64,000 nucleotides of DNA from Stegostoma tigrinum (lineage: Eukaryota), in contig NC_081397.1 of NCBI RefSeq assembly GCF_030684315.1, positions 4,464,001-4,528,000 of the forward strand, written 5' to 3'. Below, in pieces: positions 12,380 through 24,394 of the stretch. The first letter of the stretch is position 1; each line of letters starts with the position of its first letter. The position numbers were made by a program, and so were the translations under genes. The notes under the pieces were generated by a model that made no database searches, was not told the DNA's origin, and worked only from the letters and a program-made list of their open reading frames with translations.

Positions 12380-13500
12380 TGAGATGGATGGACATGCTGT
12401 GGTGAAAATCGTTTGGCCAAAAGGCTGTTCTGCAAGATGAACTTGCTTGGAGGATGGCAAATTTTGACAGTGTGAGGCAAGAACTTCCAAAAGCTGGCAG
12501 TGTATATTTGCTGGTAACGGGACAGCTGGAAAATGGGAAGGCTTCAAAAGTGAGACAGTGAGAATCCAGAAACAATATGTTGCTGTGAGGGTGAAGGGCA
12601 AGGATGGCAGGGATAGGGAATGTTGGATGACTGCAGAAATTGAGGCTTTTTCTGAAACAAAGAAGGATACATACGTCAAACACAGACAGCAGGGATCAAG
12701 TGAATCCCGAGGAGAGTATAAAGCCACCAGAACTATACGTAAGGAGGAAAGCAGGAGGGCACAGAGGTGACGTGGGATAGCTTTGCCAAATGAGAGTAAG
12801 GAGAATCCAAAGGGATTCTACAAGTACATAAGGATAATAAAGTAACGAGGGAGAGAATACAGCTCATTAAAGATCAACTTACGTGTGGAATCGCTGGGGG
12901 GGGGGGGTAAGTACGAAATGAGTAGTTTGCTTCAGTTTTTTATTGTGGAGAAGGATATGGAATCTAGAAATCTTGGAGAAATAAAGAGTGATATGTTTAA
13001 ATCATCGATGCCACAGAGTTTGGCTGAAATTGTCTCACTATTGAAGAAACATGGTAAAGGAAAGCCAGGGATCTATAGAAGGAGCGAGCCTGATATCAGT
13101 GGTGGGCACGATGTTGGAGGAAACCCTGAGGGACATGATTTGGATGTATTTGGAAAGGCCAGGACTGATTCGGGTTGGTCAGTATGGCTTTGTCCATGGA
13201 AATCGCATCTCACTAACTTGATTGAGTGTTTTGAAGAAGTAACAAAGAGGATTGATGAAGGCAGAGCAGTTGGTGTGATCTACATGGAGTTCAGTAAGGC
13301 ATTCGACAAGGTCCTGCATGGTAGACTGGTTAGTGAGGTGAGATGATGTGGAATATAGCAGGAACTAGCCATTTGGATACAGATCTGGCTTGAAGGTCAA
13401 AGACAGAGGGAGGTGGTGGAATGTTTCATTTCAGATTGGAGACCTGTGACCAGTGGTGTGCTACAGAGATTGGTGCTGGGTCCGCTCCTTTTCCTTGTTT
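12380..13500 (+). mobile_element. CR1 LINE ORF2 fragments
   Basis: KSHLTNLIECFEEVTKRIDEGRAVGVIYMEFSKAFDKVLHGRL. Confidence 0.9.
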
Positions 13501-13769
13501 GGTTGTGAGCGTATGACATGAAAATGAGTCATGCATTGGACATAGAAACATAGAAAATAGGAGCAGGGGAAGACCGTTCAGCCCTTCAACCTGTGGGATG
13601 TTTTAATTGTTTAAAAGCCAAAAGAAAGCTGGTGAGGATTCTAGACAGGAGAGAGGGAGAGAAAGACCCTCCTCCTAGATACTCAGTGAACTGGATTAAA
13701 ATGGCCAAACTGTGCTCTTGCTTATGTCATTCCCAAGTTATATTGTCCTACCCCACAAACATCGCACAT

Positions 13770-16700
13770 TACTCTGACATGAACAAGTCTTTCAGGAGAG
13801 TTTCATATTTAGGGTTTTAATTTTCTCTTCTGGGGGACTCCTGTCTGTCATAGCTGCAGGTTTGTGTGTTAATGTCAAATCCCAAGGTCCCAGTTACTTT
13901 CAGGCTTCAAACCCGTTTTAAAATGACAAGGCCACAATCCAACAGGACCCTGTTAACCAGTGGCCCATATAAAAAAAAAACAAGCAGGGACTCACAAAGA
14001 GAACAAACCTCGGGGTAATAACCATAAACAGCTCACATGGCCACCATGGAGTGTTGCCTGTTGTACAGGCCTCAGGCCTCAGAGCTATGGCCCCCCTCTT
14101 GGAGGATGCTCTTGTGCAAAGATCACCCTGTCCCAAAGTCACTCTCTCTCTCTCTTTGGATCTTCTGAGTGAACAACAATTCCCATGGGAGGAACAAGAC
14201 AGGATTAGTTAAAGGAGACAGAATGAACAGCAGATGCTGGAGACAGAATCAATACAGGGTGGGGCAGGAGGAACACAGCGGGTCCGGCAGCATCAGAGAA
14301 GTAGGAATGTCAACATTTCAGGTTGACAGCCCCCCACCAGGACTGGGAAGGGTGAAAGGAGCTGGGAAATAGAGGGAGAAGGGGTTGGGCTGGGGAAGGT
14401 ATGTGGGATCGTGTTAGGTGAATGCAGGTAGGGGGCAGTGGGGATTGTGTCAGAGCGAAAGGAAGGACAGATAGATGCGAACGAAGATGGACAGGTTGTG
14501 TCAGGTCAAGGGGGTAGGGATGAGAGGGAGGGTTGGACAGGGGTGGGGAGATTTACAACTAGTGAATTCTACTTTGAGGCCATTGGGCTGTGGAGTCCCG
14601 ACGTGGAATTTGAGGTGTTGTTCCTCCAGTTTGTGTGTGGTGTCACTGTGGTACTGGAGGAGGCCTGAGATGGACATGACACCAGGAGAGTGGGAGGGGG
14701 AGTTAAAATGGTTGGCAACTGGAAGGTGTTGTTGATGATAGTGTACAGAGCACAGACGCTCCATGAATTGGCCACAGAGTCTGCGCTTGGTCTCACTGGT
14801 CACATCGGGGGTACGGATCCAGTAGACCAGTTTGGAGGATGTACTGGTAAACCCCTGTCAGAGAATGGAAAGTTTGTCTGGGGCCTTGGATAGAGGAGAG
14901 AGGGGAGGTGTAGGGGCAGGTGTAGCACCTTCCGCGGTTGGAGGGAAAGGTGTTGGGTGTGTTGGGGTTGGTGGGGAGTGTGAAGTGGACGAGAGGGTCG
15001 TGCAGTGAGTGGTCCCTATGAAAGGCAGATGGGGAAATATCTCTTTGGTGGTGGGGTCAGATTGCAGATTCTGGCACGGACAGAGGGTGGTGCACTGGTT
15101 GTGAATGTTGGTCGGACGGTATGAGGGGGCCAGGGGGATTCTGTCCTTATTTTTGTTGCGGGGAGTGGCTTTGAGGGCAGAATTGTGGAAATGCAAGTGA
15201 GACATTTAAGGGCATTGTGAATCTTTGGGAGAGATGGCACAGCAAGTTCCCAACAATTCCAGTCTCAACAGGACACCGACAATCACTCAGCAACATATCA
15301 GTAACAATTTGTATTTTGAATACAGTCCTTTCAAAAACGTCACAAACCCCACAAAGTTGCTCAGTAGAACACTCCCTTCCTGCAGCAATGGCATTACAGC
15401 AATTGTGGCAAAGCAAGATCCCACTCCAACAAGATAACAGCTGCCAGCCCAATAGTCTGATTCCGTTATCCTTTGCGATGCTGCTTACATGTTAACTGCT
15501 TGCTGTAGCTCCAGAAACAAACTCAACTCAAACGCCTCTCTCTGTCTCTCCCTCCCACTCTCTTGCCCTCTTTCTCTCTGTTTCTGCCTCTGTCTCTCTC
15601 TGTCTCTCGGCCCCTCAATCTCTCTCTCTGTTCCCCCGCCTTCACCACACACACTCGCACACACACGCGCACAGAGGGACAGCTGCTCACTCCCTCGATA
15701 CAGAAAGGGAAAACAGGATTTATAAATGAATCTGATGCATTCGTCTCCAGATTTATTCTCAGTGAGGGCTTTATTGTCTCCTCCCCAACAGAGAGCTCTC
15801 TATCCCTTTGAGATGTTAATGTCAGGACAGGTTCCTTGTTGAATCTCCCTCAACATTGACATGTTAATTCTAGTGCAGAAAGCTTGATCATTCCTTGTTT
15901 TCTTTGACTTTTTTTAAGCTTTGTTATTGTTATCAGTGCAGTTTGAAATGTTGAACATTGATCCCACCGTTGCCTCTAAAATTCTCTGACCCGAAAACCC
16001 CCAACATACACAGAAGTGACCAGACTATGGGGATATTTGCTGAGGTCCTCGCTCTGAGGATTTTTATGCCGTCAGTGTGATTCCTAGATATGGCTCTCTC
16101 TTTCGGCTTCTGTCTGTCATTGTCCATCTCTCTTCCTGTCCTGCACTCATTGCAGCCATTTCAAGCCTGAATTTCCAACTTCCCCAGGCAAAAGACCAGG
16201 TAATCTGTCTCACTTCAGCATCAGCAATTCCTACTGTCACTGACATGACTGATATTTGATCATCTCAAATGCACCTCTCTCTCTTTCTCATTTTCTCTCC
16301 CTCTCTTTCTACTGCCCCTCTCCCTTTTTCAAGTCTCTCTCTCTCTCTCTCACACTCCCAATGTCAATTTTAAATTTCTGACATTATTACCCTGAAATTA
16401 TGGCAAGTCTTTAAGAGACAGTTTGTCATTTCGGGTTTTAATTCCCTCTTTGGGGAGTCCTGTCTGTCAGACACTCACTGTGGACGGTTGGGGTGAACGA
16501 GTTTGTGCCAAATTCCAAGACCTTGGTTTTTTTAACCCCAGGCTGCAATCCTGTTTTAAAATGACGCCACAATCTGACAGGACCTAGTGATCCAGAGGCC
16601 CCTTTAAAAAAAAACCAGGGTCCAACAGACAAAAATCAAACTTTGGGGGAATAAAGAGACGAAACTCATTTGGGCCCCAGGGAGCACAGCCTGTCGAATA

Positions 16701-17060
16701 GGCCTCAGGACTGTGTGCCCTTCTGAGAGGATGCACTTGCTCAAAGATTACTTTGTCCCAAACTCTCTGACTCTCTTCAGATCTTCTGAGTGAGGAACAA
16801 TTCCCTGGGAGAATACAGACAGGACTAGAAAATCTGCAGAGAGATGGCACAACAAGGTCCCAGGGATTTCCTCTCTCAGCAACATTGAAATATTAAACAT
16901 GTCAGCGGGAAGTTGGGTTTTCAGACCAGATCCTTTTGAAAAATTTACAAAACAAATGAGTTCTCTGATTAGAAGACTCACTGCTTACTAAGATGGCACG
17001 GTAGCAAATGACACAGAGCAAGATCCCACATGGAACAACCAGATCATCCGATTCCTTTCT
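13770..17060. repeat. Degenerate direct duplication: 13770-14220 plus 15230-15480 versus 16385-17060; the first copy is split by a Penelope insertion
   Basis: Shared blocks in the same order: GGGTTTTAATT..CTCT..GGGG..TCCTGTCTGTCA, GTTTTAAAATGAC, CTGTCCCAAA..ATCTTCTGAGTGA..AACAATTCCC, GAGATGGCACA. Confidence 0.75.
14215..15220 (-). mobile_element. Penelope-like element (Neptune-type), endonuclease and 3' end
   Basis: ETKRRL..F.ERL...HLPVANHFNSPSHS...KLEEQHLKFHVGTPQPNGLKVEF. Confidence 0.9.
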
Positions 17061-17274
17061 CCCCTGCAATGCTGCTTCAGTGTTAATCATTTTCCCTAAT
17101 GACAGAACCCATCACTACTGCTGTTTCTCAATCTCAAATATCTCTCCGTCTCTCTCCTCCTGTGGAAAAGGTATTCACACTCCCTCCATGGAAGAAATAT
17201 TGAGCAAACTCATGGAGCTGCAGTTTTTCAGTGTTTCAATCCTAGAATAAAGAGAAGAAGAGAACAAAGACCAA

Positions 17275-18060
17275 ATAGTAATGTAGCACAGGAACTGGTC
17301 CTTTGGCTTTTACACTTCCCCACCCGCTTCCCCTTCACATTCAACCTGTGGCCCCCAGTAATTGACATCTCCACCCTGGGAAAAAGCCTCAGTTTACCAC
17401 AGTAGTCATGCTATTCACAGTCTTATAAAAATCTGTTTATTTAGCCCTCAACCTCCTGCATTCCAGTGAAATCAAACCCAGTCTATCCAACTTTTCTTCA
17501 TAGCTAAAATACTCGACACGAAGCAACATCCTGGTAAACCCTTTCTGTACCCTCTCAAAAGCATTCAAACCCTTCTGGTAGTGTGGTGACCAGAACTGTG
17601 TACAATATTCCAAGTGTGGCCTGGTTAAATTTCTCTAAAGCTGCAGCATAACTTGACCTTTGTTATACTCAATGCCCTGTCCAATGAAGGTAAGCATGTC
17701 ATATACCTTTTTTACGACCTTACCTGCCTGTACTGACACCTTCAGTGATCTGTGGGCCTGCACACCCAGATCTCTGTGCATATCAATATTTTTTTTTCTT
17801 GATTCATTCACGGGACGAGGGTGTCATTAGCCCATTTATGGCCCATACTTAATTACCCAGAGGGCAGTTAAGAATCAACCACATTGCTGTGGGTTTGGAG
17901 TCACAAGTTGGCAAGACCAGGTGAGGATGGCAATTTCCTTCCCTAAGGGGCATGAGTGAACCAGATGGGTTTTTCTGACAATCGGCAATGGATTCACTGT
18001 CATCATTAGATTGTTAACTCCAGATATTTATTGAATATAAATTCCCACATCTGCCGTGGT
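17275..18060 (-). mobile_element. CR1 LINE 3' fragment (17275-17790) next to a second LINE/SINE tail (17790-18060)
   Basis: Reverse complement encodes PHLEYCTQFWSPHYQKGLNAFERVQKGFTRMLL-type CR1 C-terminus. Confidence 0.8.
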
Positions 18061-20814
18061 GATCTGAGTCCCTCAGTGCTGAACCCCACTGACTGCAATA
18101 CTCCCTCAGTGAAGCATTCCTTCAGCCAGGAGTGCTGCAGTAGGGGTGCTGCGCGGAGGGAGTGCAGCACTGAGGGAATGCTGCAGTAGCGGTGCTGCGC
18201 TGAGGGAGTGCTGCAGTTAGTGAGGTTCAGCACTGACGGACTCAGCACTCAGGGAATGCTGCACTGAGGGGTTTCAGCACTGAAGGGAGTGCTGCACAGT
18301 GTGGGGTCAGCACTGACAATGGATCAGCACAGAGGGATGTCAGCACAGATGGAGTGCTGCAGTGAGCGAGCGCTGCTCTGAGGTGCGGGTCAACATTGAG
18401 GGGATTCTACAGAAAGGGTGCTGCACTGAGGGGATGCTGCTCTCGAGGGGGTGGTGGAGTCAGCACTGTGGGGGTGGTCAACACTGAGGGAGGGCAGAAC
18501 TGAGGGAGGGTCAGCACTGAGATGGGAGGGCTGAGCACTAAGGGAATGCTGCACTCAATGGGGTCAGAACTGGGGGCATGTTGCACAGATTGGAGTAGCA
18601 CTCAGTGGTGGGTCAGCACTGAGGGAGTGCTGTACTGTAGTGGGTCAGCTTTGGGGAGGTCAGCACAGCGGGAGTGCTGCACTGAGCGAGTGCAGCAATG
18701 AAGGAAAGCCAATTTTCAGGGAGTACCGCACTGTCAGAGCATCAATAATAAGGGTGTGCTATGCTGTAGAAGGGTCAATAATAAAGGAATTCTGCACTGT
18801 CAGGGGGTTAATATTAAGGGAGTGCTACAGTTTCAGAAAGTTAATGTTGATGGGGGGGCAGCATAGCGTAAAGTGGCGATGGATAAGTGGTAAGTCAAGC
18901 TGCACTACTGAAGGGTCAGGACTGAGAGAAAGCTACCCTCTCAGAGGGTCAGTATGAACGGATAGCTTCACTGTCAGGAGGTCAATCTACACAGTGCTCC
19001 AGCATTGAGGCTCAATATTAAGTGGCTGCTATAGTGTCAGAGGGTCAATGATGAGCCTGTGTAGAAGTGTTGCAGAGTAAGTGCTGAGGGAGTGCTGCAT
19101 TGTCAGTGTCATCACTGAGTGAGATCCACACTGTCAGGAGGCCAATTTTTAAGGAGTGCTGCACTGTCAGAGGGTCATTACTGATGGACTACTGCACTGT
19201 CAGAACTGTCAGTCATCACAGAGGACTGCACTGTCAGAGGGTGAATGTTAATGGTACGCTAGACAGAGTGGGGTCAGCACTGAGGGAGTGCCACACTGAG
19301 GGGAGTCATTACTGAGGGAAACTGCCATCTCAGAGGGTCAACAGTTAGAGTGTGCCAGAGGGTCAGTGCTGAGGAATTACAGCACTGAGAGACGGCCAGC
19401 ACTCCCTCAGTCCTGACTCTCCGACGGTTTAGCGACTCCCTCAGAACTAACCATCTGGCAACAAGGTACCAACTCAGAACTGACCCTCTCTTTGTTTTGA
19501 CAATTTAAACATGAGGACGTTCAGCACTTCCTCAGTACTACTGCTCCCTCAATTCTTATCCCATTACAATGAGGCACTGCATTAGTATGGCCCTCTGACA
19601 AAGTAGCACAGCCTCAGAACTGACCCATTCATAATGAAGCTTTCCTCAGTACTGACCCTCAGAGTGTTGCTCTAACACAGCACTGACACTCCAATCCTGT
19701 AGCACTGTCTCAATTCTGACCCCGTGACAAGGAGGCAACAGCTCAGGATTGACCCTCTGACAATTATGTAGGCCCGCAGATCTGACACTCTGACAGTGCT
19801 CGAAGACCTCAGTCCTGTCCCTCTCATGGTGAGGCACTTATTCAGGTCTGACCCTGTTACATTGATCTTCCTCATTGTTGACCCTATCGTGGTGCAGAAT
19901 TCATTGACACTGACCCACTCCCAGTGTGGCATACCTTTAATAATGAATGTCTGACAGTGCAGCATTCTCTCAGTATTGACCCTCTGACAGTATTTAGGGG
20001 AGTGCTGCACTGTCAGAGAGTATGGACTGAGGATGACCTGCACTGTCAGAGGGCAAATATTAATGGAGTGCTCGGGTTAATTTTAATGGAGTTGTGCAGT
20101 GTCACAAATTCAACATTAAGAGAGTGCTGCACTGTGAGAGGGGCAATATGAAGTAAATGCTCCACTCTCAGAGGGTCAATTTGATGGGAGCATATCTCTC
20201 TGACACTGTCTTATTGGAGGGTCAGTTCTAACGTAGTGCTGCTCCGTCCGAACGTTCGTATAAAGGGAGTGACGCACTATCAGATATTCAGCGAGTGGTG
20301 AAATGAGGGGGCGTCAGCTCTAAGTGGGTGAGCACTGATTGTGTGCTGCAGAGAGTGGGCTCAGCACTGAGGGAGTCCTGCACTGAGAGGCGGGGGGAGT
20401 CTGCACTGAGGGAAGACAGCAATGAGAAAGTGCTGCATGGAGTAGGGTTGCACTGAGCAGGTGCTGCAGTGAGGGGGGTCAGCACTGAGAGAAAGCTGTA
20501 CTTTTAGATGTTCAATATTAGTGTGTCCTGCACTGTGAAAGGGTCAATATGACGGCAGACTGCGTTATCAGAGAGGCAATGATGAGTGTATGCTGCACTG
20601 CTGAAGTGTTACAATTGAAGGGGTGTTCCATGGTCAGTGTCGATGGTAAGGGACCGTGGCATTCTCAGTGTTATTGCTGAGAGAATACCAGGATGTTGGA
20701 GGGTTAATAGTGTGGCAGAGATACACTGTCAGAGAATCAATCATCAGAGAGTACGCACTGATGGAGGGTCAGTACTGAGGGAGTGCCTCATAATCAGAGG
20801 GTCGGTTGTCTGGC

Positions 20815-21015
20815 AGTGCTGGAAAAGCTCAGCAGGTCTGGCATCTGTGGAGGCGAAAACAGAATTAACGTTTCCTTCCTCAGAACTGTTCTGAGGAAGT
20901 TCCCCAGCCCAAAATGTTAGCTCTGTTTTTCTCTGCACAGATGCTGCTGGGCCCGCTGAGCTTTACCAGCAACTTTGTTTTTGTTACTAATTTACAGCAT
21001 CCACAGTTCTTTTGG
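20815..21015. mobile_element. Palindromic Penelope-terminal-repeat element with back-to-back hammerhead-like cores
   Basis: GCTGGAAAAGCTCAGCAGG...TTCCTCAGAAC followed by GTTCTGAGGAA...GCTGAGCTTTACCAGC. Confidence 0.75.
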
Positions 21016-22154
21016 TTTTTGTTGTCTGACGGTGCTTGTTTGTTTGTGCACCAATCTCTCAATGTGGATTGAATGAACCATCTCACGGGACAGAACCTCA
21101 GTTCATCAACCCCCACAAAATGGGCCTCTCAAAGTCTGCCATATCCTTTGTAGTGATCTTCGCAGCAGCTGCACTCCCTCAGTGTGGTCCCTCTGATAGT
21201 GCAATGCTCCTTTAATATCGACCTTCTGAAAGCACAGCACGCTCTTAATATTGGCCCTTCAACAGTGCAACACTCCCTCAATGATGACACTGTGACAACG
21301 CAGGATTCCCTCAGTACTGGCTCTGCACGCCCCTAAGATTGACCCTGTGACAGTGCACATTCCCTGAATATTGGTCATCCAAGAGAGTGGCAATTCCTCG
21401 ATGGAGACACTCTGACAATGCAGTTTTCCTACACTACTGATCTTCTGGCAGTGCAGCATTCTGTCATCACTGACTCCTCGATAGTGCAGCAACATGCTTC
21501 TCATTGATCCCACCGCCACACCCCTCCACCCGACAGTGCAGTGCAGCACTCCCTCTGTACTGACTCAACATTAATATTGATCCCCTGACGGGCGGTTCCC
21601 CTTCATACTCACCCCCTCAAAGAGAAGCTCTCTCTCATCTTTAACCTTCTGACAAAGCAGCACTCCCTTAATATTAACCCGCTACCAGTGTGGCACTCCG
21701 TTACAACTGAACTTCTGACAGTGCACAGCTCCAAAAAAAAATGCTCCTCTGAGTGTTGGACACACTCAATATTGGCCCTCCAACAGTGTAGCACTCCTTC
21801 AATATTGGACTTCTGACAGTACTGCGCTACTGATCCTTTGACAGTGCCCCGTCATATCAATCTTCTGACGTTATAGCACTCCTTCAGTACTAACTCTCTG
21901 TGGGTGCAGCATCTTCTCAGGACTGATTCTGTGATATTTCAGCATTCCCACATCACTAACCCTCTGACAGTGCAGCCCTCCCTTTATATCAACCCTCCAA
22001 CAGTGCATTATTTCCTTAATATTGGACCTCTGATTGTGTGATACTCCCTCAGTGTCAAACTTGACAATGCAGCACTCCCTCAGAAATAGACATAACAAAA
22101 TGTGAGGCTGGATGAACACAGCAGGCCAAGCAGCATCTCAGGGGCACAAAAGCT

Positions 22155-22182
22155 GACGTTTCGGGCCGAGACCCTTCATCAG
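22155..22182 (-). ncRNA. Minimal type I hammerhead ribozyme core in a Penelope terminal-repeat fragment (22090-22225)
   Basis: Minus strand CTGATGA-AGGGTCTCGGCCC-GAAACGTC: both conserved boxes, stem II GGG/CCC, palindromic ACGU, GUC triplet. Confidence 0.7.
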
Positions 22183-23269
22183 ACAGGGGGGATGGGGTGG
22201 GGGTTCTGGAATAAATAGGGAGAGAGCACATCCTCTGAACTAAACCTCTGAAAATGGAGCACTCTCTCATTACAGACCCTGACAGTGCTACACTGCCTCA
22301 GTGCTCACTCACCACAAGTGCAGCACTCCATTAATAGTGACCCTCCGACAGCGTGGTACTCCCCTAATATTGGTCCACTGACAGTGCGGCACTCCCTTCA
22401 TACTGACCTGCTCGCAGTGCAGCACTGCCCTAATATCAAGCCTGCACCTCTATCAGGGTGAGCAAGTGCCCCATTATCAGCATGTCAATTCTGAGGCAGT
22501 GCACAATGCCCTTTACCGTACGAGTCATCATCAATACATAGGTGTCAGATTCTGCGCTGTTGATACGGACGTAGTTATCAAACTGTACCTGTCAGTTCAT
22601 GCTGTGTGATAGTGGGAGGGTTATTACCAAGCTGATCCTGTCAGTTTCTGCTGTATGGATATGTGAAGTTAGTAATCAAAGTGAACCTGTGAGAATCTGT
22701 TTGTGAAAATTGGAGTGAAGTTATCACACTGCACCTCAGAATTTAAAAGAAAAACTGTTCATTTGAACGCAGTTATAAAATTGGACCTGTGAAGTTACAC
22801 TGTGAAACTGGAGTGTTATTAACAATCTGATCTTCTCTGTTGCTACGATGTGGATACGCAAGTGTAGTTATCATTCAGGTCCTGGTAGTTTGATATGTGA
22901 GCATAGATATTAATTTGTACATATCAGTTTTCATAATACGAATTTGAGAATGTTTTTAGCAAACTGTACATCAATATGCGAGCGTCAATCTGTTTTTGCC
23001 TGTTTCTACAGGGTGAATGATCGAGCAGAGGTAGCAACACACGCTTGTCAGTTTCTATTTGTCAATGTGGCTGAACTTTGGCAGCCAGTAACATTCTCTG
23101 TGAGGGTGCAATTTGTTATGTGGTAGCTGTTATTCGAATGATTTAATGCAGAATAGATTCAGCTCCTGAGTGTATATTTTGGATGAGTGTTCAGTCTCTC
23201 CATCGTCAAAAAAATGACGTAAACGCCAACAGGCTATGAATGGCAAAATGTGACATTATTGACTTGGTC

Positions 23270-24120
23270 ATCGAGCTGGCTTGTTTTTGTTCACACGTTT
23301 TGCCACCATGCTAGGTGACATCATCAGTGGAGCCTCTGATGATGCAACATTATTCTCGTCTGCTTGGAATTTACACTGTCAGGCCTGTTATGCTGAGTAC
23401 TGCTATTTCAGTTTTCATTTGTATGGGTTTATACATAGGGTCATACATGGGATCCAATTCTGTGTTTGTGTGGAGAACCATCTAGGAATTCCTGTACATG
23501 TTTGTTAGGCTTAGGCTGCTACGGTTTCTTTATCCAACAAAAACAAAAAGGTGCTGGATAAGCTCAGCAGGTCTGGCAGCATCAGTGAAGGGAAAAACAG
23601 TTCGCCTTTCGGGTTCAGTGATGTGTCCTCGGAACCAGTTACGGCTGAGCTGCAGACTTTGCTTTTTGCTCCTGATTTACAGCATCCTCAGTTCTTTGGT
23701 TTTATTTGGTTACTTTGTCCCAGTTCAACTGATGGCCTTCGTTGTCTGAATGTATCACATACTCAGACAATAAAGGCCAACAGGTCAATATGGGGACAAA
23801 GTAACCATGGTAGCCCAAGCCAAACACAGACACACACAGGAATTCCTAGAGGCATGGTTTTCCAACCAGTCTTCAATCAACAAGCACATAGAATCGTTCC
23901 CCATATACGAAAACTCAGATCAAAACCAGAAATGACAGTACTCACCATAATGGACCATAACAGTATAAATTCAACTCAAGAGTGGAATGACATTGACTCA
24001 TTGGAGGCTCCACTGATGATGCCACTGAGCACGGTGTTGTACTGTATGGAAAAGAAAAAGCAAGCCAGTTCAACAAGCAAGTCAACATTATCCACTAACC
24101 GAGCTGCAGATCTTTGCCAA
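23270..24120. mobile_element. Inverted Penelope (Poseidon-type) 3' fragments with a nested terminal-repeat element (23530-23700); hammerhead-like motif at 23294-23327 (-)
   Basis: TCTAGGAATTCCTGT versus ACAGGAATTCCTAGA inversion; minus strand CTGATGA-TGTCACC-TAGCAT-GGTGGCA-AAACGT. Confidence 0.65.
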
Positions 24121-24312
24121 AAACTTTAAATGCTGAAATTTGTTCAAACTGGGCAGGTGTGCATTGTGAATGTTGAAAAAAACAAACAAAACTTGTATTT
24201 CCTCAGTGTTGTTTGAACAAATCTCACTGGAAATTGACCTCAACGTGTGTCTGACTCAATCTGCTTTGTGACTGCGGAAAGGATGTTCTCTGCTCTGACA
24301 GCTGTAACATAC

Positions 24313-24394
24313 CTTCTGTTTGTTAGATGCAGCTAGTCACACTTGGCTTTGTGCCAAGGGAATATTACTTTCTCTTAGTCACTCAAGTATTAGG
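24313..24394 (-). other. Exon-like module copy A (82 nt) of the left-arm putative transcript
   Basis: Minus strand: acceptor TCTCTTCTGTCTCCCTCCAG| and donor AAG|GTATGT; homologous to copies at 31.4, 40.1 and 46.6 kb. Confidence 0.5.

Larger units (their letters stand above)
18065..22440. repeat. ~33-bp minisatellite (consensus near GTGCTGCACTGTCAGAGGGTCAGTACTGAGGGA) in blocks of alternating orientation
   Basis: G-rich phase ~18130-19380 and ~19990-20810; C-rich phase ~19390-19990 and ~21160-22440. Confidence 0.9.

Noticed and set aside
18065-22440. Regularly spaced repeats resembling a CRISPR array or Cys-rich repeat proteins
   Set aside because: Eukaryotic context, no unique spacers, degenerate head-to-tail units with frequent stops: a minisatellite.
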